Shown here piece after piece: positions 30,297 through 39,255 of a DNA stretch of 64,000 nucleotides; within the stretch, counting starts at the first letter, position 1, and each line of letters begins with the position of its first letter. This stretch comes from a virus. Taxonomy: Duplodnaviria > Caudoviricetes. The stretch lies in the IMG/VR virus record IMGVR_UViG_3300022555_000004; one strand, written 5' to 3'. Position numbers and translations under genes: made by a program. The notes under the pieces are model-generated. The model did not search any database and was not told the origin of the DNA. It saw only the letters and a list, made by a program, of their open reading frames with translations.

Positions 30297-30595
30297 TTAT
30301 TCATCTCCTGTTCAATATATTTTTTAATTGTTTCGCCATGACATCGTTTCGGAGCACACCAACAAAACAAATTTAATTGATGATATGTTTTATATATTTC
30401 AATCAATCGTTGTAATTCATCTTTCAACATCAAAATATTTTCATCAAACCATTTTTCATACATATCACAAACCAAATCACGTTCACTTTCATTGTATAAA
30501 ATGTATGGGTTGCCCAGTATTGATTTAGTTCTACATATTTTAACATCCCAAGGTTCTTTGGGCTTTTCTTTTGAAAGATTTTTGATTTTTATCAT
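30293..30595 (-). CDS. DUF4326 family protein
   Basis: ICR..SILGNPY...R..VC..YE.WF...L.CWCAPKRCHG. Confidence 0.85.
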   Translation of the reverse strand: MIKIKNLSKEKPKEPWDVKICRTKSILGNPYILYNESERDLVCDMYEKWFDENILMLKDELQRLIEIYKTYHQLNLFCWCAPKRCHGETIKKYIEQEMNK

Positions 30596-31392
30596 TTTTT
30601 ACACCAACCTTGTATTGTTCCATCAGGAATATTCATTATTTCTGATATCTTTTTAAAAACCATGCCCTGTTTTCGTAAAGAAACAGATTGTAATATTATT
30701 TCATCCGAATATTTTCGATGAGCTTTTCCCATTTTTTCCCTTGTTTCTTTTGATGGCCTTATACCAGTATGGCTTTCGCCTATTTTTTGTCTGGTTTTTT
30801 CTGAATGAATTCTTCCTTTACCAGCACTACTTATTTTTTCCCTTGTTTCTTTTGAAAATTTTCTGTTTTTTGCTCGTTCACGCATTTTTTCTCTTGTTTC
30901 TTCTTTTATATCGTGTTTTTTTCGCATTTTTTCTTTTGTTTCTTCTGTAAATATTTGAAATTTTCTTTTTTCTTTTATTTTGTATTTTGTTTCTTCTGAT
31001 ACATAATGTCCTTTAAGTTTTTCACTAATCTTCTTTTTTGTTTCATTTGAACATATGGCGCCAGGGCATCCGCCACCAGCATCATTTTTATTAAACAGAG
31101 GCCCTGTTTCTTTGTTTAATCTGCCTATTGTTTTTACCATCTTTCGTTCTAGTGCTAGTGATACATTTTCAAACAAATCTTTTTTATAAAAAATAATATT
31201 TGGGGTTTTTATTTCTTGTACCATAAATAGAAAATCTTTATTCGTGCCGTGCCCTTTTAAATGAACATACGCCCTGTCACCATTACCTTTACCCACATAA
31301 AATGGTTCATATTCAAATTCATATTCGCCATAAACATAGTTGCCTGGTTTACGGGGATCAAGATATACATAAACATAAAAATTATCTGACAT
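30592..31392 (-). CDS. GIY-YIG (LEM3-like) homing endonuclease with NUMOD3 repeats and C-terminal HTH
   Basis: YVYVYLDPRKPG...PFYVGKG; SKETREK repeats; start MSDNF at 31392. Confidence 0.85.
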   Translation of the reverse strand: MSDNFYVYVYLDPRKPGNYVYGEYEFEYEPFYVGKGNGDRAYVHLKGHGTNKDFLFMVQEIKTPNIIFYKKDLFENVSLALERKMVKTIGRLNKETGPLFNKNDAGGGCPGAICSNETKKKISEKLKGHYVSEETKYKIKEKRKFQIFTEETKEKMRKKHDIKEETREKMRERAKNRKFSKETREKISSAGKGRIHSEKTRQKIGESHTGIRPSKETREKMGKAHRKYSDEIILQSVSLRKQGMVFKKISEIMNIPDGTIQGWCKK

Positions 31393-31403
31393 TATACACT
31401 CCC

Positions 31404-31440
31404 TCAATTCTAGTATTCTAATGACTATTTATAGAATTGA
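31404..31440 (-). promoter_or_regulatory. Late promoter inside a hairpin next to the RBS (T4 I-TevI-like control)
   Basis: tcaattcta/tagaattga inverted repeat encloses TATAAATA (31426-31433) and abuts a GGGAG RBS. Confidence 0.65.
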
Positions 31441-31636
31441 GCCAATTTTTAGCAAATTGATAATCTGTGGTGCCGCCATATTCTTTAGGGTTTAATACTT
31501 GTTCTTTGTCATCGGCTGTTGATTCCATTATACAATTACATACAATTTCATATAGTTCTAGCCGATTGAGTCTGTGTAATGAAAAATCATTGATTGATTC
31601 TGCGATTGATGAATAAATACATACTTTCCGTTTCAT
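31418..31636 (-). CDS. Small hypothetical protein
   Basis: AGGAG RBS upstream. Confidence 0.5.
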   Translation of the reverse strand: MKRKVCIYSSIAESINDFSLHRLNRLELYEIVCNCIMESTADDKEQVLNPKEYGGTTDYQFAKNWLNSINSH

Positions 31637-31645
31637 ATAATCTCC

Positions 31646-31837
31646 TTATATTACCATCAGATATGGTGGAATCCAGTTTATTGTTTCTTCATTCTTCTTA
31701 TCATCTGCTGACATTTCGCCCCAACATTTCAGACAAATAAATTCTTGTTGTGTTGGCTTTAATTCATTAGGAAAGTAAGTCAAAACACCATCTGCGTATA
31801 CTTTCCGACAACATTTATTGCATCTTAGTTCACACAT
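31646..31837 (-). CDS. Small zinc-ribbon protein
   Basis: CNKCC...ICLKC; AGGAG RBS. Confidence 0.5.
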   Translation of the reverse strand: MCELRCNKCCRKVYADGVLTYFPNELKPTQQEFICLKCWGEMSADDKKNEETINWIPPYLMVI

Positions 31838-31861
31838 AACAACTCTCCTATTAAATTTATT

Positions 31862-32089
31862 TTATTCTTTTCTGTTCAGAAATTTAGCCACATATTTTAC
31901 AACGGTGCTACCACAATTAGGACACATATTTTTATCGGTACTAAGTCTACGTTCAGATACACCAAAAATCGTATTACAATCAATACAAAGTTTAGCCTCG
32001 CTCAAAGCAATCATCCTTGGAATCGTGAACTTATTATCATACACAATATTTCCAGTTTGTTTATCTCTTGTCATTAGTATTCCTTTCAT
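31862..32089 (-). CDS. Small zinc-ribbon protein
   Basis: CIDC...CPNCGS. Confidence 0.55.
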   Translation of the reverse strand: MKGILMTRDKQTGNIVYDNKFTIPRMIALSEAKLCIDCNTIFGVSERRLSTDKNMCPNCGSTVVKYVAKFLNRKE

Positions 32090-32125
32090 GTTTTTCTCTT
32101 ATTATTCCTTTCATGTTTTTCTCTT

Positions 32126-32154
32126 ATTATATGATATTTGTAACAAAATGTCAA
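32126..32154 (-). promoter_or_regulatory. Sigma70-type promoter
   Basis: TTGACA-17-TATAAT exact on the minus strand. Confidence 0.8.
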
Positions 32155-32160
32155 GTAAAA

Positions 32161-32586
32161 TTATCTTCTTCTCACGTTTCCTCTTGCCCCTGATTGTTGC
32201 CCTCTGTTCCGTGCAATCGGATCGGCCACAACTTCTGCCATTTTTCTTGTATCATTAGATATTGCCGCATCATTCATCCATTGTTCTTGCTCACAACTAT
32301 CATACATTTTTAGGTTACGGGCATCGGTATAAAATTTATCAACAACACCAACACGACCACCTAACCGATTCTTTACTATCTTATAAAATAATTCACTTTC
32401 ATATATTGCCTTATCTTCGCCTGAACCAAATATGGCAACAAAGTCGGCGGTTGCCGCTACACCAATACTATTTTTGGTCAATATACCATTGGCATAAAAT
32501 AAGTGGTTATTTGAAACTTCAATATCCATACATTCTTGCTGGCCCAATTCTTCTATTGAAACTATTTCATCATCATACTGTATCAT
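32161..32586 (-). CDS. gp41: gp41 helicase C-terminal part preceded by split-intein C fragment (Int-C, 39 aa, 32470..32586)
   Basis: DEIVSIEELG..ECMDIEVSNNHLFYANGILTKN, then SIGVAATADF...KIVKNRLGG. Confidence 0.9.
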   Translation of the reverse strand: MIQYDDEIVSIEELGQQECMDIEVSNNHLFYANGILTKNSIGVAATADFVAIFGSGEDKAIYESELFYKIVKNRLGGRVGVVDKFYTDARNLKMYDSCEQEQWMNDAAISNDTRKMAEVVADPIARNRGQQSGARGNVRRR

Positions 32587-33806
32587 ATACTTTCCTCTAT
32601 AAAATTCATTACATTTTTCATTTCTTGTTCTCTGTCTTTATATGACCATATAACATAATATTTAAATCCAAGTTTTTCAGCAATATCTTTTCTCTTAGTA
32701 TCAATATCATTTTGTGTTTTATATGATATTCCATATGGCGACACCCAACTGTTCCTTTGTTCTTCCGTCAATATATCCGCTGGATGCCATCTATCACCAT
32801 GATATTCTATTATTATTTTTTTTGGTCTTATAGTAAAATCATATCTAAAATAGTATAATGTTGAATGAGCAAGGAAAAATTCTTTAGACCCTTCTATTCC
32901 TACATAAATATCATCTGGTGAAATTTTATATTTTTCTATCAACCATGTCCTCAATGGATTGAAATATTCTAGCGATTGTTTTGATGCTTTACAAACAAAT
33001 CCATCATTTTTTGTATGTGTTTTCATCTGTGTTATTTGTCTTTTATAACACATTTCTTCCCATTTTTCAACCCATTTCTCACCATATTTTTTCTCAAACA
33101 TATCCTTAGATTGGATTGATTTTACTGTTATTTCTTTTTGTTTTTGTATAGCTGTTTCATAATCAAAACCACGATATAACCAATAGTCTAGCGTATTTGG
33201 TATGTTTATTCTTGGATGATTATGTTTGACTTTTTGTGAATTTTTATTCATTGATGTATTATGGTTTTTAGCTAGATATATAGCATCATCAATAGAATAC
33301 CCCTTTTTAGTCCAATATTCTTTACACATAAGGGATCTTTCTTTTTGTGGTATAGGGCCTTCTCTTTCTACTTTCTTTGTCTGTGATATAGATAATTTTT
33401 TCTTATATTCTATAATCTGCTCTTTGCCATCTATTTCACCAAACTTATCTGTGTATCGCTTATTGATGTTTAGTTCACCAAGAAAATGATTATACTTCTC
33501 GGTTCCTTCTGACATACCAAATTGAAGAATAAACATATTTAAATTTCTTTTTTTTCTTTCATTACCAGGCATTGAAGATAATATATGAAAATTTTTCTTG
33601 ATATCTATCACATCAGCGTATTTTATAAGTCTTGCCAGTGTAATAACATTTGTTACATAAAGACTATCCCATGTTAAAATTATATCATTTATAATTTCAA
33701 CCTTTTCTTCGTCTATCTCAATATCACCAATTTCTCTTTTCCATACAACACTACTAAATAAATAGTTCTTTTTACTTTCCTTATCCATTGAAGATAATTT
33801 TGACAT
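32583..33806 (-). mobile_element. Free-standing endonuclease (PD-(D/E)xK / Vsr-like) between the split-intein halves
   Basis: YW.K.G repeats; RYDFTI..KKIIIEYHGDRWH; own late promoter TATAAATA at 33841-33848 and GGAGG RBS. Confidence 0.8.
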
Positions 33807-33843
33807 TGGTTCCCTCCAACAACTGAATTCGTTATAATTGTAT

Positions 33844-35217
33844 TTATAAAGAATTCAAAAAATTACCAACTTTTAATCCAGTTTTTATATTTTTGAACCC
33901 ATCAGATGTAGGAAACTTATGGTCTGCTGAACATATAATTTCTTTACCACTTTTTGTTTTTATTTTATACATTTTTTTAATTTTTTTATTGAAAACTCTG
34001 TTTACAGATACATTGCCATCGCTGCCTTTGATAATATCACCTTTTTTGAGATTACATATCTTTTCATTTTTATATGTTTTTCCATCCCACATCAACACAT
34101 CGGTATCTAATGACAAACATTCTGAAATGAACGTGAAATCAACTTCATCAAATGTAATGTTCATTCCTTCTCTGTTCAACTGGCTTACTGATACAACCGG
34201 CATCAAAAACTCAAACGATAATGCTCGTAGTTCTTCGGCTATAGATTTTACATCAGAATACATTTCACCTTTTGTTCTATATGCCGGTTTCATAAGATTC
34301 AAATAATCACATATGAAAATATCTGGTTTGATGCCACGAATCAACAATTCTCTAATATATTTTCGATAATCATCAACTGTGGCCTTGCCGGTAGGATATT
34401 GTTTGATATATAAATTTCCGCGTGTTGTTGATGCCTTCAAAACATCCAATGAACGAACCAATTTAGATTGTAATGGACGTTCTCTATACATTTTATTGAT
34501 ATCAAGTAACGATAGAATTGAGTCAAATCTTTGTGCAAAGGCTTCTTCTGACATTTCAAGTGAGGCTAATATGACATTTTTTCCGGCCATAACCTCTCTA
34601 GCCGCCATGTTAGCTAAGAATGTTGATTTGAACCCATGAATACGTGCCACCATTACAGACAATGTATATGGGGGAAATCCGCCTGATATATATTCGTCTA
34701 ATACAGGGAATCCTGATGGTATACGTATTTCACTTCTTGTGAAAATCTTTGTAAGTCGTTCATCAAGTGTGCCAAAATAATCAAGACCTAAATCAATTTT
34801 TAGGTCTTTACTTATGGCATCTTCTACCAATCGCCGTATCATTCCAATATCTTCTTTCTTATTGATAACATCGACTGATGATAATATTGCTTTTTTGACA
34901 GCTTTTTCTTTCAAATATTCGTTAGTGCTGGTGAATAAGAAATCATAATTATTGATGTAGTCAAAATCCGTTGCATCAATTTCACGAAAAAAATCTGCAA
35001 CATCAGTTGATCCTTCTTTATCAAATTCACTGATGATTGCTACTCTAGGTGGGATATTCTTATATTCTTGAAAATGTTTGATACTGTAATCATATATTTT
35101 TGACGCTGTTTGATTATCAAAATACTCTTTGTCGAATACAGACGATAGTGTTGCTATGTATTGTGGGTCTACCATACACCCTTTGATGATAAGATGTTCT
35201 AATAAAACAGATTCCAT
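33844..35217 (-). CDS. gp41: gp41 DnaB-like replicative helicase N-terminal part plus split-intein N fragment (Int-N, 91 aa, 33844..34119)
   Basis: ARIHGFKS (Walker A), SLEMSE, ICDYLNLM, VSVSQLNR; then FISE|CLSLDT...CSADHKFPT...GLKVG stop. Confidence 0.92.
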   Translation of the reverse strand: MESVLLEHLIIKGCMVDPQYIATLSSVFDKEYFDNQTASKIYDYSIKHFQEYKNIPPRVAIISEFDKEGSTDVADFFREIDATDFDYINNYDFLFTSTNEYLKEKAVKKAILSSVDVINKKEDIGMIRRLVEDAISKDLKIDLGLDYFGTLDERLTKIFTRSEIRIPSGFPVLDEYISGGFPPYTLSVMVARIHGFKSTFLANMAAREVMAGKNVILASLEMSEEAFAQRFDSILSLLDINKMYRERPLQSKLVRSLDVLKASTTRGNLYIKQYPTGKATVDDYRKYIRELLIRGIKPDIFICDYLNLMKPAYRTKGEMYSDVKSIAEELRALSFEFLMPVVSVSQLNREGMNITFDEVDFTFISECLSLDTDVLMWDGKTYKNEKICNLKKGDIIKGSDGNVSVNRVFNKKIKKMYKIKTKSGKEIICSADHKFPTSDGFKNIKTGLKVGNFLNSL

Positions 35218-35517
35218 TTAATTCTCCGTTTGTTCAACTATATATTCTGGTGGGGTCGATGGTGGTTCAGGTAAAGGCATCCAATGTGTAACAATGTCTG
35301 GCACAGGGCCCCAAACAGTTTCTGTCCCTATATATAATGACATAAAATCATTTTTTTCACTAGCCGGCCACATACTATTTTTTGGATATTTACCAAACAT
35401 ACAATCGTGAACAGAGTAACTTTGATCACAAGGATCATATTCAGCAACAATTACTTTTGCGGCATGATATCCTTCTTTTATTTCTGGCAATCTATCTTTT
35501 ACACTAATCCATTCCAT
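35218..35517 (-). CDS. DUF551 family protein
   Basis: MEWISVKDRLPE...VTHWMPLPEPP. Confidence 0.85.
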   Translation of the reverse strand: MEWISVKDRLPEIKEGYHAAKVIVAEYDPCDQSYSVHDCMFGKYPKNSMWPASEKNDFMSLYIGTETVWGPVPDIVTHWMPLPEPPSTPPEYIVEQTEN

Positions 35518-35797
35518 ATTATATTTCCCTTGTTACCATTTTATTAATTTTTTGCCAAAGATCTTTCAAATCTTTTTCATCACTTGTTTGTTTACCAAAT
35601 CCTCTTGTAAATTCAGATATTTGGTATTCTAACTTGATACATTTCAATATTGTACAAATCTCTTGTTCAGTCAATTCTATGTTCATTTTATTCCTTATTT
35701 GCTTGTTTTGTCAAATATTTTGAAGTCCATTTTCTTAGATATCGTTTCCAAAACCCTTTTTTGAATGACATCCAACTATTTCTTGGTTTTTTGCCCA

Positions 35798-36235
35798 TTA
35801 TGCCTTCCCATTACATGACATAATAAAAGCGTATGATGATTGTTTACAATTCTTTTTACATTTTATACAAATTTCATTGAGTTTGGCCCAAAACTGTTTG
35901 GCTGTTGGATGTGTATCTGTTCCATTTTCTGTCTTTTCAAATACAATAGGAACATCTTTGATATATAAACTTTGTATCTTGAATTTGGTAAGAAATTCCT
36001 CTGCTTCACCTTTTGTCTTGGTTTTTTTCATCCATTGTTTTAGTGTAAGATATTCCTGTGTTTCAGTAACATCAGATAGCTTGTTTATTTGTTTGGTTTT
36101 TCGTAATTTATCTTCTTTGATAGTGCCCGTAAACCATTTATTCGATTTTTTATATACGATTTTTGCGTTCATATTACCCTCACTTTCAAAAATATTATAC
36201 CATAATTGAATCAAAATGTCAATAAATGGTGCCAT
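35798..36235 (-). CDS. Hypothetical protein (true start probably MNAKIVY)
   Basis: GAGG RBS before MNAK; promoter TTGACA-17-TATAAT at 36194-36222. Confidence 0.55.
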   Translation of the reverse strand: MAPFIDILIQLWYNIFESEGNMNAKIVYKKSNKWFTGTIKEDKLRKTKQINKLSDVTETQEYLTLKQWMKKTKTKGEAEEFLTKFKIQSLYIKDVPIVFEKTENGTDTHPTAKQFWAKLNEICIKCKKNCKQSSYAFIMSCNGKA

Positions 36236-36302
36236 AGGTGGGAATAGAACCCACGTTGACGGCGTTTTAGAGGCGCCCGCTTAACCACTCAGCTACTACG
36301 GC
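36227..36302 (-). tRNA. tRNA with CUA anticodon (amber suppressor type)
   Basis: 76 nt. Acceptor GCCGUAG/CUAUGGC plus ACCA; D-arm GCU-GAGUGGUUA-AGC; anticodon arm GGCGC-CUCUAAA-ACGCC (C31.A39 mismatch); T-arm GUGGG-UUCUAUU-CCCAC; anticodon at 36268-36270. Confidence 0.88.
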
Positions 36303-36311
36303 ACATTATTT

Positions 36312-36650
36312 TTAGGTCAACATTTCTAAATCACTTAGAAATCCAGCATCTTCTTCATCAATCAATCCACAAATTCCTGTCAAAAGATCATCCCCAAATG
36401 GATAATTATCTGGCTCATGGAACATATATATGTCAATGTCTCTTCTTTCAAAGGAAAACATTACACCATATAATTGATCAGTATCAGGCACTTCCAGATA
36501 TATCAAATATTGATTATCCCATAACTTAGCATCAGGACTGTTCAAACAAAACTCAGCAACTATATGCCCTGCTTGAACTGCTGGTGATGAACACAATAAA
36601 TTTTTACGCACAATTACATATAGTCTGTTGTTTTTCATATTTTTCAACAA
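36312..36650 (-). CDS. Pth2-like peptidyl-tRNA hydrolase (start probably 36638)
   Basis: RLYVIVRK.L....AVQAGH.VAEF...YL.V...F.EPD...LT.I. Confidence 0.75.
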   Translation of the reverse strand: MLKNMKNNRLYVIVRKNLLCSSPAVQAGHIVAEFCLNSPDAKLWDNQYLIYLEVPDTDQLYGVMFSFERRDIDIYMFHEPDNYPFGDDLLTGICGLIDEEDAGFLSDLEMLT

Positions 36651-36906
36651 TCTCCTTCTTTATTTTATCAATGTATGTTTGGTTTGCTAGGTTGTTCTTT
36701 GCAGGAATCTCAATTTGATCTCTTGTTCTTCCCCTCAACTCACAATAAGCTATGTGGTGGTGCCGGAATTTATACTTTTTTTGAAAGATGGCATAATCAT
36801 CTTGGCTTAAATCATGCCCTTGTCTATTTGATAATGGTCTATAACTTTTCAATTCTTTAATTTCTTTAGCTAACAGTTTTAAATATTCTTTGGTTTCTTT
36901 TAACAT
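36604..36906 (-). CDS. Basic 100-aa protein upstream of the Pth2-like gene
   Basis: LKLLAKEIKELK...FRHHHIAYCELRGRTRDQIE; AGGAG RBS 8 nt upstream. Confidence 0.7.
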   Translation of the reverse strand: MLKETKEYLKLLAKEIKELKSYRPLSNRQGHDLSQDDYAIFQKKYKFRHHHIAYCELRGRTRDQIEIPAKNNLANQTYIDKIKKEIVEKYEKQQTICNCA

Positions 36907-36916
36907 GGCTTGTTCT

Positions 36917-36996
36917 CCTATAATATTGGTTTCAGGTTCTTTGTTCTGAAATATTATAGGCGGCCCTCTAAGTAATTGGATCTACTTCATTTTCAT
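36917..36996 (-). promoter_or_regulatory. Leader micro-ORF (M-K-UAG-IQLLRGPP) plus SD-sequestering hairpin
   Basis: GGAGG RBS, ATG 36990, AAG, TAG 36984-36982, then open in frame to ATG 36906. CCUAUAAUAUU (36960-36950) pairs perfectly with AAUAUUAUAGG (36927-36917), which contains the AGG of the SD. Confidence 0.75.
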
Positions 36997-37019
36997 TTCC
37001 TCCCTCATGTTGATGTAAC

Positions 37020-37048
37020 AATATAACACAAATATAATCGGTTGTCAA
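37020..37048 (-). promoter_or_regulatory. Sigma70-type promoter of the leader-Pth2-tRNA operon
   Basis: TTGACA-17-TATATT with TG extension. Confidence 0.75.
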
Positions 37049-37117
37049 CTATTATTTATATTTACTTATTATAGTAAATAATGTAAAATATGACATATAA
37101 AAAATGGAGGCATATTT

Positions 37118-37573
37118 ATGGATGAACTTGTTGTAAGTGTAATCAAGCCCAATCAAACAAATAAATCATATGAAGAAGTAATACAAGACTTATCGGATGA
37201 ATGTGACGTTGTAAATCTATTGTCATTCAATGAAATCAACATTCAGGACAAACTATTCACAAATGCTGCTAAGGTTCAACACTATACTGAATTGTATTAC
37301 AGAGAGAAAAATGATTATGATAAAATAATTGAGATAAAAGAGGCATTGATTGGTAAAAAGTTTGAATACTATAAAACCAATGCCGACCTTCTATTGAAAC
37401 AAAGTGAAATCGAAAAGTATTATTTACCACGTGATCCAGACATTATGAGAATAACATCTATTGCCAGACAACAGAAATGGCGCGTTGATTTTTACTGGGG
37501 ATTAAAAGGGGCCCTTGAAAAGCAAGGGTGGAACATGATGAATTATCTTAAAAGTATGCAAGTGGGATTATAA
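37118..37573 (+). CDS. uvsY: Recombination mediator UvsY
   Basis: K.FEYYK...L.QSEIEKY...DPDI...ALEKQGWNM.N; directly upstream of uvsW. Confidence 0.75.
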   Translation: MDELVVSVIKPNQTNKSYEEVIQDLSDECDVVNLLSFNEINIQDKLFTNAAKVQHYTELYYREKNDYDKIIEIKEALIGKKFEYYKTNADLLLKQSEIEKYYLPRDPDIMRITSIARQQKWRVDFYWGLKGALEKQGWNMMNYLKSMQVGL

Positions 37574-39013
37574 ATGACAATTAAAATAAAAAAATATGAT
37601 GCTCTACATATTCAAATTGTAACAGATAATAAGGCATATATAGCCGATATCAAAGAACATTTTACGGAATTCGTTGAGGGCTACAAATTTATGGGACGTT
37701 TTAAATGTGGCGGTTGGAATGGGAAAATTTGTGTTATGGCATCAAACAATACATTACCATATGGCCTCTTGTTTGATGTTATCAAATTTACAAAAACGAA
37801 ATATAATCACTTTGAATTACAAGTGGATAACGATGTTAAAGATTTTTTTTCGGGAATTGAAAATCCAGAACTTGAATATGATTTGGACATATGGCCCCGT
37901 GATTATCAAATTGATTGTATAGAAACAGCGCTAAAATATAAACGTTGTATAATGAGAGTTGCAACAGCCGGGGGCAAATCTTTAATTATATCATATATAA
38001 TAAAGTATTTAATGGATACAAACAAAATACAACGGGCTATTATTATAGTTCCAACGCAATCCCTCGTTGAACAATTTTTTAAAGATATGAATGAATATGG
38101 CATGGATATTAATAAAATTGGTAGGGTTTATTCAAAAATAAAAGAATATGATAAATCCATCGTTATATCTACTTGGCAAAGTCTATCAAGAAACCTTGAA
38201 TGGATTAAAGATTTTCAATGTGTAATATGTGATGAGGTACATGGTGTGCGAGGAGTAGAACTAAGAAAAATACTATCACATGCCATCAATGCCGATTTTC
38301 GTATGGGATTTACAGGAACATTACCCATATCAAAATTAGATATATTTAATATAAAAGGATTTATTGGCCCTGTTATTAGAGAATATGGATCATCTGAACT
38401 ATCCGAAAAAGGATATATATCACATTGTAAGGTAAACATAATCAATATCCAATATAGTAAAGAGTATTCAGGGGAATATGATGTAGTAAAAGATGAAGTA
38501 TTTAATAATATTAATAGACTGTCTTTAATAAAAAATATTGTTAAATCAATAGATGGTAATATTCTTTTATTGGTCGGTAAAGTAGAAAAAGAGGGCAAAG
38601 TATTACAGGAATATCTTTCAAATATTGAAGGTAAAGAAGTTGTCTTTATATGGGGCGATACCCCTGTGGCAGAAAGAGAAAAATGGCGCATGGAGTGCGA
38701 AAAAAGAAAAAACATTATTCTTATTGCCACATATGGTATAATGAGTGTTGGTGTTAATATACCAAGTCTAAAATATATTTTATTTGCATCACCATTTAAA
38801 TCAAAAATTCGTATTTTACAATCTATTGGAAGATCATTAAGATTACACATTGATAAAGAAGAAGCGATAATTTATGATTTAGCAGATGATGTGTTGTATT
38901 TAAAAGATCATTCGATAAAAAGATTAAGATACTATGGTTCAGAGAAATTTGAAGTAATTGAAACTAAACACAACATAAATCAGTTTTCCTTATTTTCCAT
39001 CCCTTCCAAGTAA
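37574..39013 (+). CDS. uvsW: SF2 DNA helicase UvsW
   Basis: PRDYQ, ATAGGKS, DEVH, GFTGT, GVNIP, LQSIGRSLR. Confidence 0.92.
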   Translation: MTIKIKKYDALHIQIVTDNKAYIADIKEHFTEFVEGYKFMGRFKCGGWNGKICVMASNNTLPYGLLFDVIKFTKTKYNHFELQVDNDVKDFFSGIENPELEYDLDIWPRDYQIDCIETALKYKRCIMRVATAGGKSLIISYIIKYLMDTNKIQRAIIIVPTQSLVEQFFKDMNEYGMDINKIGRVYSKIKEYDKSIVISTWQSLSRNLEWIKDFQCVICDEVHGVRGVELRKILSHAINADFRMGFTGTLPISKLDIFNIKGFIGPVIREYGSSELSEKGYISHCKVNIINIQYSKEYSGEYDVVKDEVFNNINRLSLIKNIVKSIDGNILLLVGKVEKEGKVLQEYLSNIEGKEVVFIWGDTPVAEREKWRMECEKRKNIILIATYGIMSVGVNIPSLKYILFASPFKSKIRILQSIGRSLRLHIDKEEAIIYDLADDVLYLKDHSIKRLRYYGSEKFEVIETKHNINQFSLFSIPSK

Positions 39014-39164
39014 AATGTGTGCCTCGAAGAACATTATAAAACCCCCATCTCTGTAAGTTATTATTTTTACAAAACAATGTTAAGTCTTTCACATACATCT
39101 CATTGTTTTCAGGCGAAGTTAATATAAACCCTAATGTGTTTCTTTGCACCTTTATTTTTGACAT
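38964..39164 (-). pseudogene. Orphan NUMOD1-like DNA-binding module (endonuclease remnant)
   Basis: LTSPENNEMYVKDLTLFCKNNNL...KGWKI with no nuclease domain. Confidence 0.45.
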
Positions 39165-39255
39165 TGTTGTTATATATTGCCTTATTTTTTCTTCATTGTC
39201 ACCTGATATATTACTATTTATAAAATATTTTTATTTTGTAAATGAAAAAATGTTA

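Noticed and set aside
36227-36302. tRNA-Pyl
   Set aside because: The anticodon loop CUCUAAA matches, but this tRNA has a GG-containing D-loop, UUC in the T-loop, a 5-bp anticodon stem, a 6-nt variable region and A73, unlike tRNA-Pyl. No pyl genes are in the window.
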